Shown piece by piece: positions 37,205 through 48,090 of a DNA stretch of 59,721 nucleotides. The stretch covers positions 1 to 59,721 of IMG/VR virus record IMGVR_UViG_3300033153_014453; one strand, written 5' to 3'. The position numbers and the translations under genes are program-made. Origin of the DNA: a virus. Its lineage: Duplodnaviria; Caudoviricetes. The number at the start of each line of letters is the position of its first letter. The stretch's first letter is position 1. Under the pieces are notes generated by a model. That model was not told the DNA's origin and did no database searches. It saw only the letters and a list, made by a program, of their open reading frames with translations.

Positions 37205-37603
37205 ATGCCTCAATGGATAAAATTTCAGCTCAAGGAAAGACCTTTCTACGATCCTCGAACAGGCGAGATCCTGCAATCTATTGAGGGCCGAAAAAATCAT
37301 CCCCGGAAAGATCCCTTTGAGGGCGGAGGTAAGATTTACCCTGAGATTCACGGCAAGATCCTGGAACGATACGAAAGTGGGGACACTTTGCTTATACAGA
37401 TAGATAACGAGATTCCGTGGGAAGTTATAAACGAAAAGGAAGAAATTCTCACATATAAAAAGGTGAAAGAAAATAGAATTCCTGTGAAAAGGTTACGAGT
37501 AACTCATGAATCCAATTTTGTAAAGGAAGAGCAAGTTAAGGAATTAATTGATGTACTAAAGCCAATCGATAAAGAAGGTATTGTAGAAGGAGAAACAAAG
37601 TGA
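37205..37603 (+). CDS. Hypothetical protein, possible fibre chaperone
   Basis: RBS; follows the receptor-binding gene. Confidence 0.55.
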   Translation: MPQWIKFQLKERPFYDPRTGEILQSIEGRKNHPRKDPFEGGGKIYPEIHGKILERYESGDTLLIQIDNEIPWEVINEKEEILTYKKVKENRIPVKRLRVTHESNFVKEEQVKELIDVLKPIDKEGIVEGETK

Positions 37604-38502
37604 ATCTCCATTTAATGAGCTTAAATATAAGACAATTCTGTCCTGATTTGAGTATTCCTGTTATTAGACAGAGAATAAATATAAGATACAAACAGCTTTT
37701 AAGAGCTGAAGATTGGGAGTTTTTAAGTGATAATACTACGGTAATTCTTAAGGCTAGATATGATTCAGCAGATGGAGAAACAGTAGCTATAGATCAATAT
37801 GGAACTAATGTTACAGGAACTAGTACGGTTTTTTCTAGTTTAGAATCAGGTTACTTCTTTCGCTTTGGGACTGAAAGCCAGGCTTATGAAGTTTCTACCA
37901 TAAATAGCGATACTAGCCTAACCTTAGCTACTTCCTATGGTGGAACTACTCAAACAGCTAGTAGTTTTTCTTATTTTAAGTCTATTTATTCTCCACCTGT
38001 AGGAGATGTAGCAGAGATTGTTGATATAGTTTATCAACAACCCTTGAGAGAAGTTACTCTTAGCTACTTAGATTCCATAGATCCAGAAAGATCTACTACT
38101 GGTTCTCCTAGGTATTATAGAATAGTAGACAAAACAAAATCAAGTGGAGTTGTTAGATTCGAAATCTGGCCTATTCCTGATCAGGATTATGTTGTTAGGG
38201 TTTTTTATAAGAAACTAGTCTCAGAACTAACCTCTAACAACGATGAACCAGTTTTTGATCCTGAAGTTTTAGAAGCAGGTGCTTTATGGGATTGTTATAG
38301 GATAGAATTTACACTTACTAAAAATCCTGCTTACATAGGCTTAGCTCGTGATGCTCAAAAGGAGTTTACAATTTTGTATCATAAACTCTTACAAGAAGAC
38401 TCCAGAACTTCGTCTTTGCCTAGTAGAGTTATAGATGTAAGTAGCGGAACTAGGTATGATGATAATTTCTTACTAAGCCATGATGTAGAGGTTCTTGAGT
38501 AA
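37600..38502 (+). CDS. Tail adaptor/ring protein 1
   Basis: GSPRYY..IWPIPD..Y..L..P; inserted beta domain. Confidence 0.7.
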   Translation: MNLHLMSLNIRQFCPDLSIPVIRQRINIRYKQLLRAEDWEFLSDNTTVILKARYDSADGETVAIDQYGTNVTGTSTVFSSLESGYFFRFGTESQAYEVSTINSDTSLTLATSYGGTTQTASSFSYFKSIYSPPVGDVAEIVDIVYQQPLREVTLSYLDSIDPERSTTGSPRYYRIVDKTKSSGVVRFEIWPIPDQDYVVRVFYKKLVSELTSNNDEPVFDPEVLEAGALWDCYRIEFTLTKNPAYIGLARDAQKEFTILYHKLLQEDSRTSSLPSRVIDVSSGTRYDDNFLLSHDVEVLE

Positions 38503-39215
38503 TGAGAGTTTCAGAGATATTAGACATAGTTCAAAATAAACTAACCGAGGATGGAGTTTATAGAAGTAGGAGTTTTCTTCTAACTGGTTTGAATGATGGT
38601 TACAGATTATCTGCTGTTTTTGCATTATTTAATGAGAAAAGTGCAATAATAGATGTAAATGGAAGCAGAAATTATAATCTGCTTCCAAATGATGCTCAAG
38701 GTGAGTGTTTTGCTCCTTTGTATGTAGCCAATGCTAATACTGGTAAAAAAGTAAACCCAGTTTCAGTTGATGAATTTCCTTTTTATTCTACGCCTTGGTT
38801 AGGAAAATTAAATGAAACTGATGGAGAGAGCTTGTATTATACTTTACTAAGCCCTTATCATAGCGCATTTGTAACTCTTGTACTTTGTCCTATACAAAAC
38901 ATAGGACGAACGCAGCTAAAAATAATCGGCGCTTATGTTCCTAAAACATTAACTGAAGACAGCACTCCAGAAATTCCAGAAGAATTTACTGATGTTTTGA
39001 TTTATTATACGCTTTTTTATGCTTTTTCTAACGAACCTGGTAGAAGTAGCCAGATGTTAGAAAATTACAAACTCTTTGGTGAAAGACTTAGTGAGATGAC
39101 TACTTTCATGAGAGCTAGATTTCCGGGTGGTAGAGATTACGAACCAAGGCCTATTGAGTTTACTTTTAGTTATACTCCTACTAAAGAGCAACAATATCAA
39201 GAAGGCGAAATGTAA
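38502..39215 (+). CDS. Tail adaptor/ring protein 2
   Basis: N-terminal helices LNDG; PEIPEEF..LIYY. Confidence 0.7.
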   Translation: MRVSEILDIVQNKLTEDGVYRSRSFLLTGLNDGYRLSAVFALFNEKSAIIDVNGSRNYNLLPNDAQGECFAPLYVANANTGKKVNPVSVDEFPFYSTPWLGKLNETDGESLYYTLLSPYHSAFVTLVLCPIQNIGRTQLKIIGAYVPKTLTEDSTPEIPEEFTDVLIYYTLFYAFSNEPGRSSQMLENYKLFGERLSEMTTFMRARFPGGRDYEPRPIEFTFSYTPTKEQQYQEGEM

Positions 39216-39229
39216 AAGAGAATCAGCTT

Positions 39230-40306
39230 ATGAATGTCTATGATCTTATAACACAAATAGGAGAAGAACTTAACGAAGATTTTACTAATGCTCCTGTATG
39301 GACTAGGGATGAGATTTTAGGTTATATAAGAGAGATTGTAAGAGTTTTTTCTTCGCTTACTAGAATAGTAGATAAGCAAGCAATTCTTCAAGTTGATGCA
39401 ACTACTGGAGAATGTTCAGTTCCTAGTGATTTTAATGAGGCTTTTTATTTAGAGTTTAACGGAATTCCCTTAGATATAGTAAAACCAAATGAGCTAGATT
39501 TTATAGATACTGCTTGGGGGCTTAATTCAACTGCTGCTAGTCCAAGTGCAGCCACAGTTTATAACTCTGGTAAGGATGCAAAAGTAAAACTAGTTCCAGT
39601 TCCTAGTGTAGTTGCAGGAGTTATTGGATCTAGTGTTTTATATGAGATTTATTTAAGCAGTCCTAATAGTAATGTTTGGAAAGTTGAGTCTAGGAATGGA
39701 AGATTAGTAACAAGTATATCTTCTGGTACAGTTGGAAGTTATACATTGCCAGGAGATGGAAATTATTGGGATCTTAGCATAGATAACGATGGAAGATTGA
39801 TAACTACTATTACTGCCAGTAGTGATTATGATGTTATTACACTTAGTGATAGTGGTGATAATAATATATATAGATTAACATGTAACATAGATGGAGAATT
39901 AGTACTAAGGTCTATTTCTTATGGTAAAGTTGTAAGAATGACAATAGATGGAATTGATCAGTATTTTAGTTCTAATTATGGAATAATAGTTGATTCACAT
40001 GCTACAGGGGTTACTACTAATTTACAGCATGTAATAAATCAAAATTATCCTTTTGGTACTACGATTTATAATAGGATAGGCGATGACGCTTGTATTTGTT
40101 TTTATAAAGGAAACATTCAAGATACACCAACGGGAATGAGCGAGTTGTTTGTTTCTGATGCTTATATTCCTATAATAAAGCATGGAGTCCTTTCAAAGGC
40201 TTATTCTCATGATGGACCGGGAAGAGATGAGAATAAGTCTAAGATTTTATGGGCTATTTTTCTTTCTGAGTGTAGAACTTTAAAAAATCTCTTCCAGAGG
40301 CAGTAG
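39230..40306 (+). CDS. Tail adaptor/ring protein 3 with triple repeat insertion
   Basis: WTRDEILGYI..LVPVP..GVLSKAY. Confidence 0.7.
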   Translation: MNVYDLITQIGEELNEDFTNAPVWTRDEILGYIREIVRVFSSLTRIVDKQAILQVDATTGECSVPSDFNEAFYLEFNGIPLDIVKPNELDFIDTAWGLNSTAASPSAATVYNSGKDAKVKLVPVPSVVAGVIGSSVLYEIYLSSPNSNVWKVESRNGRLVTSISSGTVGSYTLPGDGNYWDLSIDNDGRLITTITASSDYDVITLSDSGDNNIYRLTCNIDGELVLRSISYGKVVRMTIDGIDQYFSSNYGIIVDSHATGVTTNLQHVINQNYPFGTTIYNRIGDDACICFYKGNIQDTPTGMSELFVSDAYIPIIKHGVLSKAYSHDGPGRDENKSKILWAIFLSECRTLKNLFQRQ

Positions 40307-40339
40307 AAATAAGAATAGAAATAAGAAAAAGCAAGAAAA

Positions 40340-42166
40340 ATGAGTTTACTAATAAACGCATTTGAAGGTGGTTGGCAAAACAAAGCTCGTCATGAAAGAA
40401 TGAAAGACGATGCTGTTTATATGATAAAGGATATATCTTTTCATATAACAGGAAGGCTTACGTGTAGAGATCTACATGGAAGGAATAGTTATTTTTCTTC
40501 TATGTCTTACACTGAGCCGATAAGTAATGTTTTTCAGGTAGATGTAGAGGGAAGAAATAAAAGGTTAATTTACTACACAGTAGGAAACACTTTATATTGT
40601 TGGAACTCTGTTACTAATGATACTAGAATTATTTCTTCAAATATAACTCCAGGGACGCATTTTAGCTACACTGCACTAAAACCAGAGCTTAGTGATTATA
40701 CTTATATCTTCATGACTGATGGTATAAGTATGCTATCTGATAATGGTACTTCAACTAAAACCTGGGGAATAGATCCCCCTAATGGAGTACCTACTGTTGG
40801 ATTAAGTGCGGAAAGTGGTTATTTAACTGTTGGGAGTTATAGATATGTTTACACTTTCTATGATGCAAACACTGGAACTGAAAGTGATCCATCTCCTGCT
40901 AGTGCTAGTTTTAGCGTTAATAACAATGAAGCTATTCTAGTTTCTGATATACAAACATCTGATAATGAGAGAGTTACTTCCAGAAGATTATATAGAACTC
41001 TAGCCGATGGTGGGAGTTATTACTTAGTAGCTACAATTCCTGATAATGTTACTACTTCTTTTACAGATAGAATGGCTGATTCTGAACTTTCAGTAAAAGC
41101 TACTACTGATCAAGGAGTTCCTCCTATAGGTGATATTGTTGTTACTTATATGAATATTATCTTACTAAGTGGCGATCCTAATTACCCTAACAGGCTTTAT
41201 TTTTCCATTCCTACTAAGCCTGATAATTTTCCTAGTTCTTATTATGTAGATGTAGGAACCTCTGATGATAGGATTGTGAACTTAGTAAAGTTTTCTAATA
41301 CTGTTTTTATAATAAAAGAAGGCGGAATTGAGAGGCTTTATGGCACTGATCCGGATTCTTTTATATCTTATCCTACTAGATCAGATGTAGGAACCTACGC
41401 TCGTTGGAGTGCAGCAGTAGGAACTGATGGGATTTATTTCCTTGGTTATGATGGGATTTATAGATTTAACGGAGAGCGGTCAGTTAAGATAAGCACGGCT
41501 ATAGATAGTATATTTGGAAAAAAACCTGATAGTTTGTATGATATAATAGATAAAGATTCTGCTGGTGATATTGCTAGAGGATGTTTTTTGAATGGAGTTT
41601 ATTATTTGCTTGTTCCTATGAAAAGTGTAGATGGCAGTGTTGAGAATAAGATAATAGCTTTTAATACTGTAGACAATGTTTGGAATTTGTTTGATATAAA
41701 TGCTAATTATATAACAGCAGATCAAGGAAGAGGAATTTTGTATGGTTGTATGAGTGATTTAGAAAATGATGGTTTTTATACTGTTTATGAACTAATGAGT
41801 GAGTCTTCTAGTTCTTTTGATGATCCTAATCCTATGTTTGTTACTAAGAGTTTTGACATAAGAAACATAGGTGATTATAGCACTGAGACTAAGCAAGTAG
41901 GTGGTGGGATAGTAGTAAAAGGTAATCAAGACATAGGATGGTTGAGAGAATTTAGAGTAGATGGCAAAGGTGATTGGAAGTTTGAGTTTTATTTAGACAG
42001 GGAGTTAAGACATACTAGAACTATTACTGGGTTGAATAATAGTAATATAAACACTTGGTATGATTTTGAGCCTAAATTAAAAGGAAGATATTTGTATATA
42101 AAAGCCACTGCTCAAGGAACTAAGCAACCTGATAGTTGTTATATAAATGAAATAGAAGTTAAGTAA
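40340..42166 (+). CDS. Tail nozzle / DNA stabilisation protein (beta-propeller)
   Basis: 608 aa; NRLYFS..P..FP and GIYFLGYDGIYRFNG. Confidence 0.75.
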   Translation: MSLLINAFEGGWQNKARHERMKDDAVYMIKDISFHITGRLTCRDLHGRNSYFSSMSYTEPISNVFQVDVEGRNKRLIYYTVGNTLYCWNSVTNDTRIISSNITPGTHFSYTALKPELSDYTYIFMTDGISMLSDNGTSTKTWGIDPPNGVPTVGLSAESGYLTVGSYRYVYTFYDANTGTESDPSPASASFSVNNNEAILVSDIQTSDNERVTSRRLYRTLADGGSYYLVATIPDNVTTSFTDRMADSELSVKATTDQGVPPIGDIVVTYMNIILLSGDPNYPNRLYFSIPTKPDNFPSSYYVDVGTSDDRIVNLVKFSNTVFIIKEGGIERLYGTDPDSFISYPTRSDVGTYARWSAAVGTDGIYFLGYDGIYRFNGERSVKISTAIDSIFGKKPDSLYDIIDKDSAGDIARGCFLNGVYYLLVPMKSVDGSVENKIIAFNTVDNVWNLFDINANYITADQGRGILYGCMSDLENDGFYTVYELMSESSSSFDDPNPMFVTKSFDIRNIGDYSTETKQVGGGIVVKGNQDIGWLREFRVDGKGDWKFEFYLDRELRHTRTITGLNNSNINTWYDFEPKLKGRYLYIKATAQGTKQPDSCYINEIEVK

Positions 42167-42194
42167 TAAAAAGTAATAAATAGGAGTTTTCTAA

Positions 42195-42488
42195 ATGCCA
42201 GGCGATGCTCCTTATAGAATAGAAAGCGATGATCCAAGAGATTGGAAAGTAGAGATAAATAACATCTTTGCTTTTATTTATACTAGAATCAGCAAACTAG
42301 AAGGAAGACAAGGAGATAGTAAGTTTTATGGAAACATAATAACAGAAAATGATTTAATAATAGATGAAAACTCAAAAGGAGTTATTTTCAAAGATAACCA
42401 AGACCCAGCCAGATATTGGCGTTTAAATATAACAGCTACAGGAACTAGTCCTACAATAAATTTAACTTACTTAGGTCCTTCGTACTAA
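42195..42488 (+). CDS. Small tail needle/plug-like protein
   Basis: Follows the nozzle gene; helix plus fibre-like motif. Confidence 0.55.
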   Translation: MPGDAPYRIESDDPRDWKVEINNIFAFIYTRISKLEGRQGDSKFYGNIITENDLIIDENSKGVIFKDNQDPARYWRLNITATGTSPTINLTYLGPSY

Positions 42489-42502
42489 GGAGGTAAACAA
42501 CT

Positions 42503-43450
42503 ATGGCTTTTGATTGGGGTATGATTAAAACTTTCGCTGATGTAGCAATAGGTGCTTATGGTTTGTATGAAAATAGAAAAGCACTTAAAGATGCTGAAAG
42601 ATTAGAACAACAAGCTATTGCTCAAGGAGCTAGTAGAATAGAACTAAGCAAGGATTTATATAATCTTGAACTAGCAAAAACAAGAGAGCAGTTAGCTACT
42701 AGGAGAGATTTGAAGGAAATAGCTAGAAGAAACTTGCAGCTAGCTGAAAGCATGTATGATGATGAAAGTGCTAGAAGAGTAACTGGTTTAATGAGAGCCT
42801 TGCTAGAAGGAGCAGAGCCTAAAGAGTTAAATGTTTTTCAGCCTTATTTTAGACAAGTGGATGAGAGCTTGATGGAAGAGCTTAGAGGAATAGATAGTGA
42901 TTATAGAAAGGCTAAAGAACAAATAGCCTTAAACACTCCTCCTGGTGGCGTTAGGACTAGATTACTTGCAGAGCTTACCACTAAAGCTATGGATTTGAAA
43001 GGAAAAGCTCAAAGAGAGGCGTTGCAAAGAAAGGAAAAACTTAATCTTAGTCTAAAAAATGAATGGCTAAATAAAGCTATGACATTTGGTGAAATGCAGC
43101 CTAGTAAGTTAGCTTCTGCTAGAACATCTGTAGGTAGTTTACTAGCTGGAAGTCCTTTACCTGATTATGCTGGAGCTAGAAGTTCTCTTAGTGGAGTTGG
43201 TCCTACGAGTAGTGAGTTATTAGCAGATGCACTTAGTAGAAGAAAAGACGCTGAAAGTTCTATAAAAGACATTTCTGGATTACTTCATGATATTTGGGGG
43301 ACAGAGCAAAAGACTAATAAAGATGAGCCTGTTATAAATGTTATCTTAGGAAGTTCTTCTAATGAACCTATTAAAAGTACAGAATTAGTAGAACCTAAAA
43401 GGAAGGCAAAGACAACTACTTTATTTAGTGATCTAACTATGTTCGACTAA
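42503..43450 (+). CDS. Probable internal virion (ejection) protein
   Basis: Helical Ala/Leu/Glu-rich; position. Confidence 0.6.
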   Translation: MAFDWGMIKTFADVAIGAYGLYENRKALKDAERLEQQAIAQGASRIELSKDLYNLELAKTREQLATRRDLKEIARRNLQLAESMYDDESARRVTGLMRALLEGAEPKELNVFQPYFRQVDESLMEELRGIDSDYRKAKEQIALNTPPGGVRTRLLAELTTKAMDLKGKAQREALQRKEKLNLSLKNEWLNKAMTFGEMQPSKLASARTSVGSLLAGSPLPDYAGARSSLSGVGPTSSELLADALSRRKDAESSIKDISGLLHDIWGTEQKTNKDEPVINVILGSSSNEPIKSTELVEPKRKAKTTTLFSDLTMFD

Positions 43451-43466
43451 TGATTAGGAGTAAAAA

Positions 43467-44504
43467 ATGACATTCGCTGGTGCATTTGCAGAAGGATGGT
43501 TAGGTGCAGAAAAAGCTACCAGAGAAAAAGCACAAAAGCAAGAGACTGAGAGAGATAAACAAGCTCTTAGTGTTTATACTAAACTTCTACAAGGGGGCTG
43601 GAAACCTATTGATCCAAGTAAAGGATCTTCTGAGGGAAGTGTTGTTCAAGTAGGTAAACTTGGATTTTTAGAAGAGCCTCCTGGTAGGGAAGGTGAACTA
43701 GCTGTTAGAATGAGAGAGCTTGCTCTTAAGGAAAAAACTGCTGAGCTTAATCATATTTTGGCGCAATTGAAGGTAAAAGGTGCTATAGATGAAGCTGAGT
43801 TTAGAGCATTAAAACAAAAATGGGAAGCTGATTTATATAAACAAAGAGTAGAAGGCAACAAAATAGGTCTTTCGAGGGATGAAATAAGAAGGGATATAGA
43901 GAGTATAAAAAGAGAAACAGAAAAAATAAAACAAAAACGTGCAGCTGAAGGTGGGGGTTACAGAAAGCCATTTAAGGTTAGAATCGGAAATAAAGATGTT
44001 TTTGTCAGACCTGTTCCAGTAAGGGATGAAATAACTGGAGAAGAATATTATACTCCAATTGAAGTAGAAGGTAAACCTGCTATTGGTGAGCCTAAGCCTG
44101 AGACTGAACGAGAAATAGAAGCTAGAAAAGCTAGGGTTCAAGTTACGTTGCAGAAGTTAGAAAGTATCATAAATAGTGAAAAAGGCACTATTGAAGATAA
44201 GATAGGCAGCATTGAAACATTTAATAGACTAGCACCTAGGTATTATATGTATGTACCAGAAAAAACAGTAGGTAAAGGCAGAGCAAGACGTGTTGTAATT
44301 CCTAAAATTCCAGGAAGTAAGAGATTATCAGTTAAAGAACTAAGTGATAAAGCCTTTTCTTTACAAATGCGTCCAGAAGAAGCGTTGTTGAAATTACTCT
44401 TAGCTGCTCCAGGACCTATGACTGAGCGAAGAAAAGAAGATATAAAAGCCTTAGCTAAACATCTTGGGATTGATATTAAGAATGTTTTGAAGGGAAGAGA
44501 ATAA
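43467..44504 (+). CDS. Probable internal virion (ejection) protein
   Basis: FAGAFAEGW start; coiled coil. Confidence 0.6.
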   Translation: MTFAGAFAEGWLGAEKATREKAQKQETERDKQALSVYTKLLQGGWKPIDPSKGSSEGSVVQVGKLGFLEEPPGREGELAVRMRELALKEKTAELNHILAQLKVKGAIDEAEFRALKQKWEADLYKQRVEGNKIGLSRDEIRRDIESIKRETEKIKQKRAAEGGGYRKPFKVRIGNKDVFVRPVPVRDEITGEEYYTPIEVEGKPAIGEPKPETEREIEARKARVQVTLQKLESIINSEKGTIEDKIGSIETFNRLAPRYYMYVPEKTVGKGRARRVVIPKIPGSKRLSVKELSDKAFSLQMRPEEALLKLLLAAPGPMTERRKEDIKALAKHLGIDIKNVLKGRE

Positions 44505-47500
44505 TGGAAGATATTCTTAGTCAGCCTTTAGAAGAGCTTATTGTTAAGAGGTTTTCTAAAAAAGAAGATACTAGTGATGAAACTACAAGAAAACAGAAAG
44601 ATCATTCTGTTGTTGATGATATTTTATCTAAGCCTCTTGGAGAACTTATTAGCAAAGAAGAACCAGAAGTTAAAGGCCAGCAAATAAAAGAGCCAATAGA
44701 AAAGCCTGAGGTAAAAAAACCTGAAACAAAAGAACAAATAATCCAAGGACCTAGGCTTTCTGAACTTGATGTTGATAAATATCCTGTTTTTATTGCAGGA
44801 GCTGGAGAGAAGTTTATTGCTTCCAAAAAGCCCGAGTTAGCCAGTAAAAAGATGGAAAAGCTAGTAGCTGAATTAGCTACTGCTGCTAGTTTGTATGATT
44901 ATGCAGAGTATCTTAGGAGCTTAGGTTATGATGAAGAAAAGGTAAAAGAATTAGCTTCTGGTTTCAAAACAGAGGCTATTGAACCGGATCCTTGGTTTGA
45001 TCCTGTAGATGCAGCACTTGTAGCTTTTACTAGTGGTGGTTATTTAGCTGCTAAAGGTGCAAAAGCAGCCGGAAAAGAATTAAGTTCTCGTTTGTTGAGC
45101 GCTCTGAAATCAGGTAGCAAAGCTGCTGTTGGTAGTGTTATTTCTGAGTTTCCTACAGGATTAATAGCTGATAAACTAGCTAGCGAACATCATCCGACAC
45201 TCGCCTTTTTAACATCTATTGGTATAGGTTTAGCTAGTGGATTGCTTAGTCCTAAGAAGATACTTAAACTAGGCTTGAAAGAAGAAGTAAGAAAAGCTGT
45301 AGAAGAATTTCCAGACGAGACTAAGAAGCTTATTTCTAAAGATGATCTAGGCATAATAATCGGCGAAGATGCTGAGGTCTATCTTAGCAAATTGCCTCGC
45401 AAGAGAGAGCCTGGAGAAGTTATAAGTGGAATTCCTAAAAGACAAGAAGCTACAATTGTGCCTTTACCTGGTCAGAAGGAAGTTAGCAAACATATAGTAC
45501 CTGAAGCAGAAAAAATAAAACAAGCTGCTCTTAAAACTCCTCTTCCATCTAAAGAGCCATTAGATTCTGGAAAAAGTGTTCTTGAGAATATAAATAAAAT
45601 AAGAAAAGCTGCTGGGTTGCCTACTTATAAGCTACCAGAAACACCTAGTAGCACGATAGAAAAACTTGCAACTAAAGGAAGAAACACTGAAGAAATAGTT
45701 GATGATATTTTAATGAAAGATAATAGTATTAAAATAACCGATCCTAATGCTACTAGGATAAAAATAAACAAAATTTATGAAGGTGGAAGAGCTAAGGAAA
45801 TCATAAAAACAAAAACTGGAATTTGGTTAAATGTTGTTAATAAGAATGGGAAAAATATTTTAAAACCTATTACTGAGAAAGATATTGAAAAGTTAACTAG
45901 ATCAGATCCTAGCGTTACTACTGATTTTCTAGGCGCTTCTACGCTTTATAATTTCATAGCCAAGAATCTAACTAAGCCTTTTAAGGCTTATAAAAAACCT
46001 CCAATAGAACTAAGCGGGGATTATATTAGAAAATACGGCAAATCAGGGATGCATGTAATAGTAAAGCAATCTACTAGAAAAGTTCGAGATCCAGTTACTA
46101 AGCGAACAATTGAACTAAAACGCCCTGCTGTTACTGCTTTAATGAGAGATGTTGTAGAAGATATAGAAGATCCTAAGTATCGCACGGAAGCAGGAGCACT
46201 TATTAGTGAGTTTTGGCAGAATCCTGATAGGTTATTTGAAAGAATGGGAAAAGGAGTTAGAGAGCTTTTCTGGAGGCCATTTAAGAGAGCTGATAAGTTA
46301 ATAAGTGTTGAGAGAAAAAGAATTGAGAAGTGGTTAGGTGGGTTAAGAAGAAAGCTAGGAATCAGAAGCGCAAAAAGGGTAGGAATCTATGGAATAGCCC
46401 AACAAACAGGTGGAATGGCTAGATTGAAAGCTATGGGTGTAAAAGAAATTCCTAAACTTACTAAACGAGAAATGAAAGTTTACCAAGAGTTTAGGAATGC
46501 TTTTGAAGATTTTCATAAAAGACTATCTTATGCTAGAGTTCTAAGCGGAGAACCTCCTTTACCTGAGGTGGAGAATTATTTTACCTTTGTTATAGATATG
46601 GCCAGAATGGAAAAAGCTGGATTGAATGTACTTACGGCTAAGCAAAATGATATTTTGAGGTATATTCTTCCTAGCACAACTGGATTTAGATTTGCTAAGA
46701 CAAGAGATTTGAGAAAACTTTATCCTTTAGAACTAGATGCTTTTGAGATTTTTAGAAAATATTACCCTAGTGCTTTAAGGCATATTCATTATTCTCCAGT
46801 TATTGCTATGGGAAAAGAACTACTAGGAAAACTTCCTAGTGGGAAAAATCCTGGAGAGTTTTTCAGACTACAAGACAAGGCTCCTTGGGCACATAAGTAT
46901 CTTTCTGAGTATTTAACTGCCATGGCTGGTGTTAAGCCTAAGTGGATGATGAGTAATACTGTAGCTGATAGAGCATTGACTAAGTTAAACAAAAACATCC
47001 CAGGTGCTTTGTTAGTGTTAAATTTAAGAACTTTTCTTCTACAGCCAACAGCTGTAGTAGGAGCTATAGGTTATTTAGGACCTAAGTATATGACTGAAGG
47101 TATTGCAGGTCTTATGCAAGAAGGTGCTTTTAGAATTATGAAAAAACGCATGAAAGCATTAGGAGGTGCAAAAGGAGCAAGTGAACTTGCTGATACATTA
47201 GATCCTAGATCAATGGATGCTAATGTAACGGCATTATTAGAAGCTATTGGACAAGGAAAATTTGCTAATATAAAAAGACAAGCGACAAAAATAGGTATGT
47301 TATTTACTACGGTTTTAGACAAAATAACTGCAACCGCTGTATGGCATGCTGCTTTTAAGAAAGCTAGAAATTTCTATGGAATAACTGATTTGCAAGAAGC
47401 TGCCGAATTTGCAGATGATGTAGTTACCAGAACTCAAGCCTCGGGGGCTCTTGCTGATTTGCCCAAGATAATGCGTTATACGCCTGGAAAAAGTTTGATG

Positions 47501-48082
47501 CTTCTACAGACGTTTGTTAATAACCATTGGAACATGATGTGGCATGATATTGCAGGATTTAAAAGTCCAGCTGCAAAAGGAATTAGTAAAAAAATAGTTT
47601 CGTCTAAACGAGTGTTGGATTTTTTAATAGCTGCTACACTTACGAATATTCTTTATGAAGATTATCTTGATATGAATTCTCCTTACCCTACACCTATAAG
47701 AGCATTTCAAGAAGCACGTGAAGAAGGAGCGGAGATTCCTAGTGCATTGTGGAAAGCTGCATTGGAAAATTTAGAACTAGTACCTGGCATTGGAAGTAGC
47801 ATGAAATATGGATCAGGTATGTTGGGAGTTTATAGTAGTTTAGGAGAAAATATTATAGATTTTACAAGAGATCCTTCTTTATTAGGAGCTGGAGAATTAG
47901 TAGGAACGCTTAGAGGAATACCAGGAACTATGCCGGTGTTTAGGTATTATGAGCGTTACGAACAAGGACAACCTTTGTGGAGTAGACTAGGTGGCAAGAG
48001 AGTAGAGCCATTAGATACAAATATCTCTGGCGGAATAGGCGGAATAGAAGGCTTAGGTGGGTTGGAAGGGATAGAAAAATAA
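44504..48082 (+). CDS. Large internal virion (ejection) protein
   Basis: 1192 aa; last gene of the operon; ADDVVTRTQ..LQTF pattern. Confidence 0.7.
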   Translation: MEDILSQPLEELIVKRFSKKEDTSDETTRKQKDHSVVDDILSKPLGELISKEEPEVKGQQIKEPIEKPEVKKPETKEQIIQGPRLSELDVDKYPVFIAGAGEKFIASKKPELASKKMEKLVAELATAASLYDYAEYLRSLGYDEEKVKELASGFKTEAIEPDPWFDPVDAALVAFTSGGYLAAKGAKAAGKELSSRLLSALKSGSKAAVGSVISEFPTGLIADKLASEHHPTLAFLTSIGIGLASGLLSPKKILKLGLKEEVRKAVEEFPDETKKLISKDDLGIIIGEDAEVYLSKLPRKREPGEVISGIPKRQEATIVPLPGQKEVSKHIVPEAEKIKQAALKTPLPSKEPLDSGKSVLENINKIRKAAGLPTYKLPETPSSTIEKLATKGRNTEEIVDDILMKDNSIKITDPNATRIKINKIYEGGRAKEIIKTKTGIWLNVVNKNGKNILKPITEKDIEKLTRSDPSVTTDFLGASTLYNFIAKNLTKPFKAYKKPPIELSGDYIRKYGKSGMHVIVKQSTRKVRDPVTKRTIELKRPAVTALMRDVVEDIEDPKYRTEAGALISEFWQNPDRLFERMGKGVRELFWRPFKRADKLISVERKRIEKWLGGLRRKLGIRSAKRVGIYGIAQQTGGMARLKAMGVKEIPKLTKREMKVYQEFRNAFEDFHKRLSYARVLSGEPPLPEVENYFTFVIDMARMEKAGLNVLTAKQNDILRYILPSTTGFRFAKTRDLRKLYPLELDAFEIFRKYYPSALRHIHYSPVIAMGKELLGKLPSGKNPGEFFRLQDKAPWAHKYLSEYLTAMAGVKPKWMMSNTVADRALTKLNKNIPGALLVLNLRTFLLQPTAVVGAIGYLGPKYMTEGIAGLMQEGAFRIMKKRMKALGGAKGASELADTLDPRSMDANVTALLEAIGQGKFANIKRQATKIGMLFTTVLDKITATAVWHAAFKKARNFYGITDLQEAAEFADDVVTRTQASGALADLPKIMRYTPGKSLMLLQTFVNNHWNMMWHDIAGFKSPAAKGISKKIVSSKRVLDFLIAATLTNILYEDYLDMNSPYPTPIRAFQEAREEGAEIPSALWKAALENLELVPGIGSSMKYGSGMLGVYSSLGENIIDFTRDPSLLGAGELVGTLRGIPGTMPVFRYYERYEQGQPLWSRLGGKRVEPLDTNISGGIGGIEGLGGLEGIEK

Positions 48083-48090
48083 ACTAAGAA

